NCBI GenBank assembly: GCA_001724265.1
Contig: MEDY01000293.1
Span: 1-63,805, forward strand
DNA: 63,805 nt
Direction: 5' to 3'
Source: Rhizaria sp. SCN 62-66
Taxonomy: Eukaryota
The notes below the pieces were generated by a model. That model was not told the origin of the DNA, ran no database searches, and saw only the letters and a list, made by a program, of their open reading frames with translations. Position 1 is the first letter of the stretch. Each line of letters begins with the position of its first letter. A program made the translations under genes and the position numbers. Positions 41,901 to 52,700 of this stretch are shown here, piece by piece.

Positions 41901-42253
41901 TCCGCATCGGGCTGCCGCGCGCCGTCATCGCCGCTGCGCTGGCACCCGGCCCGCTGTCGCGCCGCGAGGCCGCCGCCGCCGTGCGCGCGAGCAATGGCCG
42001 TCTGCTCCGGTCTGGCTCTGCTGCCGGCTCTGGGCGCGGGGCGGCGCCGACGGGCGCGGGCGAGGCGGCGGCGGCGTGGCTGCTGCTGTCGCCGCTGTGG
42101 GCCGGGCTGTGCTACGTGCTGCTGCCACTGCTCGTGGCCGCGGGTGTGGCGCTGTCGCGCGTCGTCGATTACTGGCACCATCCGGACGACGTGCTCGCAG
42201 GCTCAGTTATCGGCGTCGGCTCCGCAGTCGCCGCTGTGTGGATGGCGCGGTGA
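38930..42253 (+). CDS. PAP2-family lipid phosphate phosphatase with large low-complexity insertions, ~1107 aa
   Basis: All three PAP2 motifs are present: C1 KSLAGRPRP (~40145), C2 SFPSGHSS (~40484), C3 SRVVDYWHHPDDVLAG (~42155). Also YPYKVETI and flanking TM helices. TGA stop. Start is uncertain. Confidence 0.85.
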   Translation: MLPPAAAAACALPKPRDALSGVHNNCAHHVALTPPSPATLLHHHHGPPTPLAAPAAPPAPSFGAASFPPPAQPTPACASAAECPFHPSLTPAMPAALPRSRFAWLGFVFTPSHLAAHCGPCAAAARAQVLVRWALIALLLLGAGALDLAPPIFAQFAHPADLRYHYPYKVETISSVLCVVIALLCPAAMLVMPHARLVLCGRPASAALHHDHNDDEISANDGSEGKDNGGDSVSAAAVAAPAAAGVVAGAAVESGSEAARNVAVTGTSSFAASSNTNKSGSKSKKARVTVVSPLSPPESESVSAPLLSSASAHLSSPFSPNAHAIAASDPDATAAPLTAASASASASAVASAPPRYPLAASIAAAAAVTAAAAALPALTGFLADSDGVLGLCTALALATFATTLFKSLAGRPRPNAVALSLMKHVKSGQLEKAAELARRAALPWPAHADDAAPAAPHASAGAGAAWGLAQSHAAGLVPASYLPLPNLPAPSQAALSATYARDYEPLTLSPYFHNATLRSFPSGHSSFVFAAMCFLVWVLWRRHLALHRTRLALLLAAAAAVAEADHGGAHSTGAGAGAYRAPQLFSWDGTSDGNGVGNDDEDFSNFNNDDHNDDDNEDAVNGDNLDALSSARERRTHGGGNNATGSLNNNDSGSGSGSGSASPISSSSSSGSNRRSSSSNSTGSGPRAALSSFPRVRCGAALRHWFAQLLSPLWCSMAPPLPAPAAAAGALRAGALPASAALLWTSPTHALHLAPLLPAPATTAPAATAAAAAAAAATAAAAAALALATISGSGAPTASGDSCGVPRLQLASHAVVGGSLGTGNGCGAETASETEAEAKTAAEGGERLRSDSVSQTAELARILTSSNNSSSTANTSFRSTGHASAAVSQSEVLILVARATAAAAAAAAAASAAAVAADCTATAALTATVVAAESALNSHTHPLAGLVVTAPSAAAAAAAANAAAGAGAGPGAGACVGVGGGRIKVTTGAAFRIGLPRAVIAAALAPGPLSRREAAAAVRASNGRLLRSGSAAGSGRGAAPTGAGEAAAAWLLLSPLWAGLCYVLLPLLVAAGVALSRVVDYWHHPDDVLAGSVIGVGSAVAAVWMAR

Positions 42254-43021
42254 CCGACCGGGGACGGGCGGGCGACCGTGGGCAGAGAGGTGACTGTGAG
42301 CAGATAGATGACTGTGAGCAGACAGAGTGACCACGAGCGCGATGTGACTGCGAGTGGTTGGTCAAGGCCATGTTTTTGGGCTTTTTTTTTTTTTTATATG
42401 AAGCTTATTTTACCACGAGTTTTTTATTTGTTAATGTTATAAGAGGGCTATAAATAATATGTAAGCAAATCATGCGAGGTCCGGTCACGATTTTCGAGAC
42501 AGACATGAAAAATGAAAATACAACAAACGATTACTTCACTGATATGCAGTGATATGCATGAGTGCTATGAACGAAATGACATGAGACTATGGTACATTTG
42601 CGCGCACATGGTGAGGGTTTGATAATGAAATATTGTATTCTGTTTGTGTGGTTTTGATGTGCAAGCGATCCCTTAAATAAACGCCACCTTCCTCCTCCGC
42701 TTGTGTTTTGGTGTTGTCGTTGTTGTCCCTACATCACATCCCTTTGTTTTAAGTAAGATTTCTTCCTATTGTTATTTTGCTAGGTTGTGTGGTGGTAGTT
42801 GTTGTGTCAGAGATGAAGAAGCTAAACTCAAACGCATGTAAGACATGAGAACAAGTTCCCTTCAAAGCGGCTGCACGACGAGTCAGACTGTTGCAGTCGT
42901 CGTTGAGCGAACGAGCGTTTGGAGGCGATGACAATTGTTATAATCTATATCACCGCTCTCCGCGCTCTCACAGTCTGTCGAAGTCGCGCCGCCGCGTTGC
43001 GCAGCGCAGCGGAGAGCGCGC

Positions 43022-45494
43022 TTAGTAGACGCGGGCCTTGGGGGGCACGTGGGGCATCTCCTTCTCGTCGAGCGTCTGGGTGTGCACCGGGCGGTAGTCG
43101 AGCTCCACCTTGTTCGTCTTGGGGTTGACGCGCGACAGCGTGTGCTTCATCCACTCCTTGTCGTTGCGCTCCGCGAAGTCCTCGCGCGCGTGCGCGCCGC
43201 GGGACTCCTTGCGCGCCTGCGCGCCCGCGAGCGTCTGGCGGGCCTGAGTGAGCAGGTTCTCGAGCTCGAGCGCCTCGGTGAGGTCAGAGTTCCAGACGTT
43301 GGACTTGTCGGCGACCGACACCTCGCCGATCTGGCCGGCGAGCTTCTCGAGCTTCTCCACGCCCTCGTCGAGCAGCGTCTGCGTGCGGAACACGGCGCCG
43401 TGCTTCTGCATGATCTTCTGCATCTCGAGGCGGAACTCGGACGTCTTCATCGAGCCCTTGTTGAAGCGGATGCGGTCGTAGTTGGCGATCGACGCCTCGC
43501 CCGCGTCGGCAGCCAGGGGGGCATGGGGCGCGTTAGGCTTGGCGATCTCGGCGATGCGGTTGGCGCATGCGCGGCCGAAGACGACGATGTCGAGCAGCGA
43601 GTTGGCGCCGAGGCGGTTCGCGCCGTGGACAGACGACGACGCGGCCTCACCGGCGGCAAAGAGACCGGGGATGATCGTGTCGGGCGACGCGGCGGTCTTC
43701 TGCACGACCTCACCGTGGTAGTTGGTGGGGATGCCACCCATGTTGTAGTGGACGGTGGGAAGCACGGGGATGGGCTCCTTGGTGACGTCGACGCCGGCGA
43801 AGATCTTGGCAGTCTCGGAGATACCGGGGAGACGCTCGTGGAGCAGCTCGGCGGGCAGGTGGTCGAGGTGGAGGTGGATGTGGTCCTTGTTCGGGCCCAC
43901 GCCACGGCCCTCGTTGATCTCGATGGTCATGGCGCGGGAGACGACGTCGCGCGAGGCGAGGTCCTTCAGGGAAGGCGCGTAGCGCTCCATGAAGCGCTCG
44001 CCGTTGGAGTTCTTGAGGTAGCCACCCTCGCCGCGGGAGCCCTCGGTGATGAGGCAGCCGGCGCCGTAGATGCCCGTGGGGTGGAACTGCACGAACTCGA
44101 GGTCCTGGAGCGCGATGCCAGCGCGCGCGGCCATGCCGCCACCGTCACCAGTGCAGGTGTGGGCAGAGGTCGCCGAGAAGTAGGCACGGCCGTAGCCGCC
44201 AGTGGCGATGATGGTGTTGTGGGCCTTGAAGCGGTGCCACGCACCGTCCTCGAGGTTGTAGGCCATGACGCCGCGGCAGGCGCCGTTCTCCATGATGAGG
44301 TCGGTGGCGAAGTGCTCGATGAAGAAGACGCAGTCGTGGCGGACAGACTGGCCGTAGAGCGTGTGCAGCATGGCGTGGCCGGTGCGGTCGGCGGCGGCGG
44401 CGCAGCGGAACGCCTGGCCACCGGTGCCGAACTCGAGCGACTGGCCACCGAAGGCGCGCTGGTAGATCTTGCCCTCGGCGGTGCGGGAGAAGGGGAGACC
44501 GGCGGCCTCGAGCTCGAGCACGGCGGCGGGAGCCTCGCGGCACATGTAGTGGATGGCGTCCTGGTCGCCGAGCCAGTCGGAACCCTTGACGGTGTCGTAG
44601 GCGTGCCAGCGCCAGTCGTCCTTGGTCATGTTGCCGAGCGCGGCGTTGATGCCGCCCTGCGCGGCGACCGTGTGCGAACGCGTGGGGAACAGCTTCGAGA
44701 TGCACGCGGTCTTGTAGCCCTTCTCGGCGAGGCCGAAGGCGGCGCGGAGACCGGCACCACCGGCGCCAACGACGACGGCGTCGTACTCGTGGTCGATGAC
44801 GCGGTAGGCCTTGGTGCCGCTGGTGCCGGCAACCTCGGCCTTGGCGCCGACGACGGCAGCGCGCGCCGCGGACGAGTGGAAGGTGCGGGCAAGGCCGCCC
44901 ATACCGCCAGCGGACTTCTTAAGTCCCTGTGGAAAGTAGGATCGAAGCACACGAGTCAAACGCGGATAGGCGAGAGAGAGTAGTCGGGTTCGGCACGGAA
45001 GGTGAGGCGGAGAGATGGGGTGAGCGAAAATGAAAAAATGATTGAAACGCGATGAGATGATGTGCTTTAAAGATACGAATAAATAAAACGATTACTTCAC
45101 GGAACAAGACGTCGTCGCAGTGCATTCCCATTCTGCAGCAAGTGGATGGTATGCTAGTATGCGAGATATAAAGTTCGCCGTGATTGTAATCAGGCGCTTT
45201 GCGAATTCAAGCTTGTTCAAACCACCCGCGGCGTGGACTCTAAGCGGAACGACTGCACACACAGAGAGCTAGAGTAGCGCTTAATCGCCAACACATGACG
45301 CGTATTCTCAACGGTAGTCGCTGCACGCCGCTCGAACGCGGCCGCAGGGCAGGCGAGTTGGGCTGGGAGAGCAACGCCTCAGAGGCTTTGGACCCGGGTT
45401 CAAGACGATTTGCGCGCGGCAGGAGCAGTGAATAGCACGATCTTTCAAACAGGAAATGGAAGGAATAAGCACGTACCTTGACAAGATTCTGCAT
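43022..45494 (-). CDS. SDHA: Mitochondrial succinate dehydrogenase flavoprotein, ~640 aa; exons 45494-45477 (MQNLVK, inferred) and 44926-43022
   Basis: GAGGAG FAD motif, [10 protein letters not shown] (covalent FAD His), [37 protein letters not shown] and C-terminal PPKARVY. The spliced N-terminus [29 protein letters not shown] resembles a mitochondrial presequence. TAA stop. Confidence 0.95.
44927..45476 (-). other. Probable first intron of SDHA (550 nt)
   Basis: Donor AAG|GTACGT (same hexamer as other introns here), acceptor CTTTCCACAG|GGA, phase 0. Confidence 0.65.
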
Positions 45495-45968
45495 AGTCTC
45501 AAATGTACAGCGAGAAGCACAATAGGCGAGAACAGGAAATCTCCTCTCGCCCTCTTGACTAAGGGTCGCTCGCCCCTTACTCGGCGCTGCTGCAGCCCCG
45601 CTGCCCACAGCGGCTAGGACCGAAAAAGTCGGGGTCACAGTCTGACTGGGCGCCGGAACAAAATAAGCGCAACCAACGTGCAGTCTCCGTTAATAATTAT
45701 CATTTCGAGATATGTGATTCTATCCACTTATAGACATTTGATATTTATCATGCACTTCTTCGGGCTTCATCCTCGTTGTGCTATCCATCCCTGCGACACC
45801 ATCTCTCTTCTCTCCCGATCACTTCTCTCATCATTCAGCCCTGCTCCTGTCGTGCTCTCCAGAGTCCTTTCCTCGAACAGCTTTTTCTTTCCCCTACTGC
45901 TGCACCCTGTACCTGGCCCCACGACCCACTTAGGCCGTAGCTGCGCGCCGCTGAGCCCCACTCGTCTC

Positions 45969-48900
45969 ATGTCTGCCGCCGCCGCCTCAGCCGCTGCAGC
46001 CACGACAGCTGGTGCTGCTGGCCCTGCGACCGCCGCTGCTGCTGCTGCCGCCGCCGCTGCTGCCACAACAACCGAGAGCGCGACGCCGTCGTTCCTGTTG
46101 CAGGCGACCGCGGGGACGCCGCTGGAGCACGTGTCCCTGCAGCTGCTGCTGCTCGCGCTGGCCGCCTTCGCGGCGCTCTCGGTCGGCACCATCGTCCTCG
46201 CCAAGCGCGGCGGCGGCGGCGGCGGCGGCGGCGACGGCAAGAGCAGTGGCAGCAAGTCCGCGCCTGCTCCTGCTGCTGCGACAGCGACTGCTGACGCTGC
46301 GGACGCTACGACAAAGACCGACGCGACGAAGCCTGACGCCGCTGCTGCTGGTGCTGCTGCTGATGCTGCTGCCGACGCTCCAGCTGCTGACGCGGCTGCT
46401 GCGTCTGTCCCCTCCGAGTCCCCCGACTCCACCCCTGCAGCAGCTGACCCCGCCACTGTGACCCCCGCCACCGCCACCGCTACAGCCACATCTCCAGCTC
46501 CAGCGGCGGCCCCAGTCTCAGCGGCGGCCCCGTCGGCGCTGCTGACACTGGCGCACCGCGTCCTGGCCTCGCTGCCGCTCATCGGCGTGCCCCTCAGTAC
46601 GGCGCTGGCCCACCTCACCGCGTCGCTTGCCGCCGCGCGCGCCGGGGGCAGCGGCGGGCCGGCGTTCGCGGAGCTGAACGAGTTCGAGCGCCTCTACGGC
46701 CCCGCGGCACTGCGCTCGGGCGCCATCTCCTCGGCCGACCCCGCCGCGATCGAGGATAACCCCTACCTGGACGCCGCCTGCCGTGCCAAGTACGGCATGT
46801 CGCGGCGCGAGCGTCTGGCACAGCTGCAGCGTCGCCGCGCCGCGTTCGAGGCCGAGGAGGCCGCCGCGGCCGCCGCGCGCGAGGTGCCGCTGATCACTGC
46901 CGTTACGCCACAAGACGCCGTGCGGGGGCGCTACCAAAACGCGCTGGCCGCCGCCACCGCTGCCGCCACCGCTGCCGCCACCGCTGCCGCTGCTGCTACT
47001 GCGGCAGCTAACACTGCTGCTGCTGCTGCTGCTGCTGTTGCTGTTACGAGTGCGAATGCGAATGCTGCTAGTGGCGGTGAGAAGGCGACCAAGGGCGTGT
47101 CACTGTCCGTGGTCGCGCCCAGCACACCTTTGCAGTCGCCGTCCTCCAAGGCCGCCGCCGCAAGCTCGGCTGCCGCTGCGACTGCGAGCGCGGCGGCGGC
47201 GTCCGGCGGCCAGGGCAAGGGCGGGAAGAAGGGCAAGGGCAGGGCCAAGGGCGGGCTCGGTGCCGTGCTTGACCGGCCCATCGACCTGACGGCTGCGGCG
47301 CTGGCCGCCGCGGCCGCCAACGCCGCCGCCGCCGCAGAGGCCGCTGAGGCCGACGCCGCGTGCGAGGCTGCGCGCGCTGAACAACAGCAGCAAGATCAGC
47401 AGGCTGAGGCTGAGGCAGCCGCGAGCACTCCGGACACTGCCGCCGACGCTGACGCTGATGCTGAGGCCGAGGCTGAGGCTGAGGCTGGGGTTGATGGGCA
47501 AGGCCAGGCTGACGGCCCCCTGTCGCCCATGTCCCGGCTGACCTCTGCCGCCCTCGCCCGCGGGCCCAAGACGCTGCTCCCGCCAGCGCTCGCGCCCGGC
47601 GCGGATGCCGCCGCGGCTACACTGTCCTCGCTCGCGCTTACTCTGCCTAGCGCCAGCCTTAGTAACGCCCACAGCAACGGGAGCAGCGCGGCGGGCATCG
47701 CGGCGAGCCCTGAGGAAAGCCCGCTGGAGTCGCCGCAGAGCATGATCGAGTTCCGCGTGCAACGTCCCCGGCCCGCGCCGTCGGCCGCCGCCACGGCCGC
47801 CGCCGCCGCCGCCAAGGCCGCGCGGGCCGCGCGCGTGCAGGCGCGGGCGGCGGCCGACGCCGCGACGCTGGCCGCGGCCAACAGCGCGCTTGCGGGTGCC
47901 GGCGTGGGCGCGGGCACCATGGCCGCCTTCCTGGCGTCGCCGCTGGCCGCCGCAGTGTCCCCCGGCGACGCCGCCGCGGTCTCGTCGGCGGCCGCGCGCG
48001 GGTTGATCCCGCTGTACGTGGACGAGGACGGCCACGCCGTGTTCGTGCGGCCCCCGCTCGCGCACTTCGCGCCGCGCCCGCGCCCGCGCACCGAGGGCTT
48101 CATGTCCATGCGCCCGCTCTCCCGCTCCCGTAGCGGCAGTCGTCGCGGCAGCCTCGGCGGCGGTGCTGACGGCGACGGTGCCGCGGGCGCTGCCGCCGCT
48201 GCGGTGCCCGAGCGCAGGGACCGGAAGCGGCCGTCTTGGGCGCGCACCCCGCGCGCGCCGCAGTCGGCCGCGGAGACGCGGGGGCCCGCGCCGCTGTCGA
48301 CGGCCGCGGCCGCCGCGGCGACGGTCGGCAGCGTGCCCGAGGCCGCGCCCGGCGAGAGCGAGGAGCAGGAGGACGGGGACAGCGCCGCTGCCGCTGCTGC
48401 CGCTGCCGCCGCCGCCGTCGCCGCCGCCGAGGCCGCTGAGGCCGCTGCGGCCGCGGGCGGCGCCGCGGGGCCGGGCTCGGGCGTCGGCGTCCACATCGGT
48501 CCCCAGGCCGGCGCGATCTCCCGCTCAAATAGCAAGTCAAACAGCACGGACGGCGCGAGTCCTGACTCCGCCGCGACCGCCGCGACCGCGACTGCCGGCG
48601 CGTCCCCCGCAGGCGCGGGCCCGGGCCTGTGGAGCAGCTACGGCGGCGACCGCTGGGCCCCGCGCCGGCCGACTGTGCCCGCCGCGGTGTCCAGCCTGTG
48701 GTGGCAGAGCACTGCGGTCGCACCCGAGGAGCTGGAGAGCCGCCCCTCCGCGGCCAACATTCTGTACGGTGTGGCCGACGCTCTGCAGGCGCAGCGGCAC
48801 GCGCAGCTCAAGGCGGCCGCCGCGCACGCCGCGATCCGCGACACGCATAACCACAACCACAGTCGCGGACACAGCAAGAGCCGGAGCCGCCGCGGCAGCG

Positions 48901-49319
48901 TCGTTGGCATCGCCGGCGAGAGTAACGCGCAGAGCGGCGACAGCAGCGACAGTGACGACAGCGATAAGGTCGGCGCGCGCCGGCTGTCCTCCGCCTCGGC
49001 CGCCAACGGGGCCGCCGCCGACGACGAGGAGGAGTTCTACTACCTCGACACGGGCGCGGGTGCCGGCGACGAGCTTTTCGGCGTTGACGACGGCGGCGCG
49101 GTGCCGCCCATCCCCATGGGTTCGGGCGCGGTGGCCACGGCGACGACGCTGCAGCCGCCCTCGGGGCTGGTGTGGGGCCTGTCTGGCGACGCCGCGGCCG
49201 CCGTGGTTCCACTCGCCATGCCGCTGGCCTTCGCCAACCAGGGCCAGGACTGGGTCCAGCGCGCGTGGCGCCAGGACGAGGACGGCGACTGGGCCCACGG
49301 ATTCGTCTCCAAGCCATGA
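45969..49319 (+). CDS. Orphan Ala-rich protein with an N-terminal TM helix, ~1116 aa
   Basis: Long ORF with GC3-rich codons flanked by AT-rich DNA. TM VSLQLLLLALAAFAALSVGTIVLA. No recognisable family motif. TGA stop. Confidence 0.7.
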   Translation: MSAAAASAAAATTAGAAGPATAAAAAAAAAAATTTESATPSFLLQATAGTPLEHVSLQLLLLALAAFAALSVGTIVLAKRGGGGGGGGDGKSSGSKSAPAPAAATATADAADATTKTDATKPDAAAAGAAADAAADAPAADAAAASVPSESPDSTPAAADPATVTPATATATATSPAPAAAPVSAAAPSALLTLAHRVLASLPLIGVPLSTALAHLTASLAAARAGGSGGPAFAELNEFERLYGPAALRSGAISSADPAAIEDNPYLDAACRAKYGMSRRERLAQLQRRRAAFEAEEAAAAAAREVPLITAVTPQDAVRGRYQNALAAATAAATAAATAAAAATAAANTAAAAAAAVAVTSANANAASGGEKATKGVSLSVVAPSTPLQSPSSKAAAASSAAAATASAAAASGGQGKGGKKGKGRAKGGLGAVLDRPIDLTAAALAAAAANAAAAAEAAEADAACEAARAEQQQQDQQAEAEAAASTPDTAADADADAEAEAEAEAGVDGQGQADGPLSPMSRLTSAALARGPKTLLPPALAPGADAAAATLSSLALTLPSASLSNAHSNGSSAAGIAASPEESPLESPQSMIEFRVQRPRPAPSAAATAAAAAAKAARAARVQARAAADAATLAAANSALAGAGVGAGTMAAFLASPLAAAVSPGDAAAVSSAAARGLIPLYVDEDGHAVFVRPPLAHFAPRPRPRTEGFMSMRPLSRSRSGSRRGSLGGGADGDGAAGAAAAAVPERRDRKRPSWARTPRAPQSAAETRGPAPLSTAAAAAATVGSVPEAAPGESEEQEDGDSAAAAAAAAAAAVAAAEAAEAAAAAGGAAGPGSGVGVHIGPQAGAISRSNSKSNSTDGASPDSAATAATATAGASPAGAGPGLWSSYGGDRWAPRRPTVPAAVSSLWWQSTAVAPEELESRPSAANILYGVADALQAQRHAQLKAAAAHAAIRDTHNHNHSRGHSKSRSRRGSVVGIAGESNAQSGDSSDSDDSDKVGARRLSSASAANGAAADDEEEFYYLDTGAGAGDELFGVDDGGAVPPIPMGSGAVATATTLQPPSGLVWGLSGDAAAAVVPLAMPLAFANQGQDWVQRAWRQDEDGDWAHGFVSKP

Positions 49320-49725
49320 ACAAACGGCAGAAATGAAGCACATGACTATGTCACATGATACCTAACTTTATTTTTATTACTGATGACCGTACTACTGATC
49401 ACGTTTAGCACAAATACAAACAATACTTTATCAAACTTGTTGACATAGTTCGTGCTGTTATAAAAATAGAATTTTGTATACGTTTTGTTTCTCAGTCAGC
49501 CAGCACTTACATTATGTCGACATGGAAACAACGACAACACAAGAGACTGACAAACGTAACTCAACTTGGCCTATAACCATAAAACATATGAACAATTCTT
49601 CACCATTGTAGAAGCACTTAAAAAAAATATGCAACTTAAAATACTCCTCCTGACATAAAAAACAGAAAACAATTAACGCCACTTCCGATTAAACGAGCGA
49701 CGAGACTCCAAAGTACATTGCTCGC

Positions 49726-52700
49726 TTAGTCGTCCTCGTCCTTCTCGCCCTTCTTGCCGGCCTTGGCGACGGAGCGCTTGCAGAGCGCGATGAAGTCGGC
49801 CACGACCGAGGGCTCCATGTGCTCCTTGGCGAACTCCTCGGCGGCGTCCATGCCGTCCTTGGCGTCGTCGGCGAAGCCCAGGCAGTGGTACATGATGAGG
49901 TCAGCCTCCTTGCGGACGGCCTTGACGGCGCCCGTGCGCGCGCGGACGCAGCCGGGCACGACGATGGTGTTGAACTCGGCCACGGCGCCCGCGTCCTGCT
50001 CGGCGAAGACGCGGATCTGCGACAGCGCCTGCGTCGCCACGGCCTCAGGCACGCGCGTGGCGTGCGCGCAGAGGTTGAGCAGCTCGGTCAGCAGCAGCCC
50101 CACGAGCTGCGAGTCGCCCTGGTCGTTGCAGAAGAGCAGCAGGCGGCCCGCGAAGCGGATCGCGGCAGTGCACGCGAGCACGTTCTCGTCGCGGAAGCCG
50201 ACCGAGAGGAACCGCACGGCGGGCTTGTAGCCCACGAGCTCCTTGAAGCGGTCCGTGGCCGAGATGAGAACGGCCGAGAGCGCCATCGCGACGCCCTGGC
50301 GGATGTTCCACGCGGGGCGCGTCGCGGCGCCCACGCCCGCGAGGTCGAGCAGAGCGGCCACGGCGGCCTTGCCGTCCTCGGGCGTGCCCAGGGCGATGGC
50401 AACGCCGGCCAGCAGCGCGCCGTCGGCGCGCATGGCGTCGTTGTCCGACTGCACGAGCGTCGGCACGGTGCGCACCACGCGCGCGATCGTCTCGGGAGCC
50501 ACGTGCTCCAGCAGCGCGCGGTTCTGCAGCACGTTGTACACGGCCTTGACGACCGAGGCGGCGACGCCCGCGTCGGCGGCCGAGTCGACGATGGTGAGCA
50601 GGTCGCCCACGAGCCCGTCGACGCGGCGCGCGTCGAGCTGCAGCGTCGCCAGCGCGCCCGCGGCCAGCCCGCGCATGGTGCGCGAGTCGTCTTGCAGCGC
50701 CTTGAGGAAGGTCGCCAGCAGCTGCGCCTGGAAGGCCTTAATCGTGGGGCCGACCTTGGCGACGAGGTGCGTGAGAGTCTGCAGAATAGACACGCGCACG
50801 TCCGCGTCGTGGCGGTCACCGAAGGAGCGGATGAGCGGGCCCGTGAGCTTGATGGCGTGGCTCTTGACGGCCTCGGCCGGGGACAGCTCGACGAGCTCGG
50901 CCATCGCCGCCGCGGCCTGCGAGCGCACCGCCGTGGAGCCGGCGACGAGGCCGTGCTGGAAGAAGCCCATGAAGTGCGAGAAAGCGCCGCGCGCGCCGAA
51001 GCCGGCGACCTCGTTGATCTCGCGCACCTGATCCTTGTTGCGGCCCGTGAGTGTGTTGAGCGAAGTGCGAATGTACGCGATAGAGCGGATCAGCGTGTCG
51101 CGCGGCACGTTGGTGGTGAGCGCGCCGACGCAGTCCGCCGTGGCGGCCAGCACACGCGGCGAGTCGTCGAGCAGCAACGGCAGCAGGCCGCACCACACGC
51201 TCTGCAGCACGGGGCCCATCGGCATGCGGGTGCGGCAGAAGAAGGCCTGCAGCATCTTGATGGCGGCGATCTGCTCGGGGCCCACGGGTCCGTCGAGCAC
51301 CACGAGCTGCTTGAGCAGCATGTCCAGCACGGCCGGCGCCTCATCCTCGAGCGGCGCGATGAGCGTCTCGACGTTCTCGAGCATCTTGGCCTCGGCCTCG
51401 CGGCGCGCCGCGCGGGCAGCAACGGCCTCGGCGTCGACCTCCGCGTCCTCGTCGGCCTCCTCCTCGTCGTCGTCGTCGTCAGAGGAGCCGGCGGCGTAGA
51501 GCGCGGTCATGGCAACGAGCATCGACTGCACGACCGTATCGACGTAGCGGCCGAAGCCGGCACCCAGCGCCTGCGCGACGGCGGCGAGGCAGCGAGCGTG
51601 GAAGGTCGTGACGGGCGGCTGCACGAAGTGCGGGATGACAATCTCGCACACGCGGCGCTCCGACGACGCGCACTTGAGCACGGCCTGCAGCCCGGACAGC
51701 GTGTCCTCGGCGCGGTCGCGCTCCTCTGCGATGTACTCCTCGTCCTTGCCGTCGGCGCGCATCTCGGCCGTGTCCTTGGCCCACTTGGCGTGGCGCACCG
51801 CGATCTGCTCCAGCAGCGCGGGCACGGTCTCGTGCACGACGCGGTCGCCGATCGTGTGGTGGATGTTGGCGAAGGCGCCACCGGCGGCGGCGCGGACGGC
51901 GCCAGACTCGTCGCCGAGCCCCGTGCGGACGGCGGCGATGAAGTCCTGCATGTAGTTGACGAGGTCGAGCTTGCGGCCGGCGCGGAGGATGGCGCCGATG
52001 CCGACCATGACGCCGTGGCGCGGCGACGCGTCGGGCGACAGCAGGTTCTCGAGCAGGATGGGCACGATGGTGCGCAGCACGCGGTCGCCCATCTGCGACA
52101 CGAGTCCCATGAGCGCGTTCTCGGCCGTGCCCTGGCGCTCGCGCGACTGGGAAGTGATGTCGGCCAGGATGCAGTCCATGACGGCGGGCAAGATGGCCTC
52201 AAGCGTGCGCGTCGTGGAGACCGTGACGACCTTCCACACGCGGCCGGCGATGCGCGACACGAGGTCCACGACGTCGGACTGCATGAGATACAGCGACGTG
52301 TAGATGTCGTTGCGCATCTGAGCGCCGACGACCTCCTCGATGAGACGCTCCTGCGCGGGCGTCGTGATCGACGACAGCTCGCGGTTCACCACGGCGTTGG
52401 CCACGGCGTTCGGGTCCTCGTCCTGCTCGGCCACGACGAGCTTGCCCGACAGCCCTGCGAGGCGCAGTAGCAGCGAGCCGGTGAGCTGGACGGCACCGAA
52501 ACGCGTGCGCGAGTCCGGGTCGATGAGCGCCTCGACGAGCGGGGGCAGCAGCGTCAGCGTGTGCGTGCGCGCAAACTGGATCACCGTGGTCATACCGGCG
52601 CGCAGTGCGGCCTCGCGGCACACGATGCTAGCGTCCGACAGGCCGCGCAGCATCATGGGGAAGGCGTCGGCGATCAGCGGCGCGAAGGAGAGCTGCAGCG

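Noticed and set aside
43049-44983. Long antisense or alternative-frame ORFs (e.g. 644 aa opposite SDHA, 883 and 853 aa opposite GCN1, 547 aa opposite DNAJC2)
   Set aside because: These are shadow ORFs caused by extreme GC3 bias. They are Arg/Gly/Ala-rich with no motifs, and overlap clearly identified genes.
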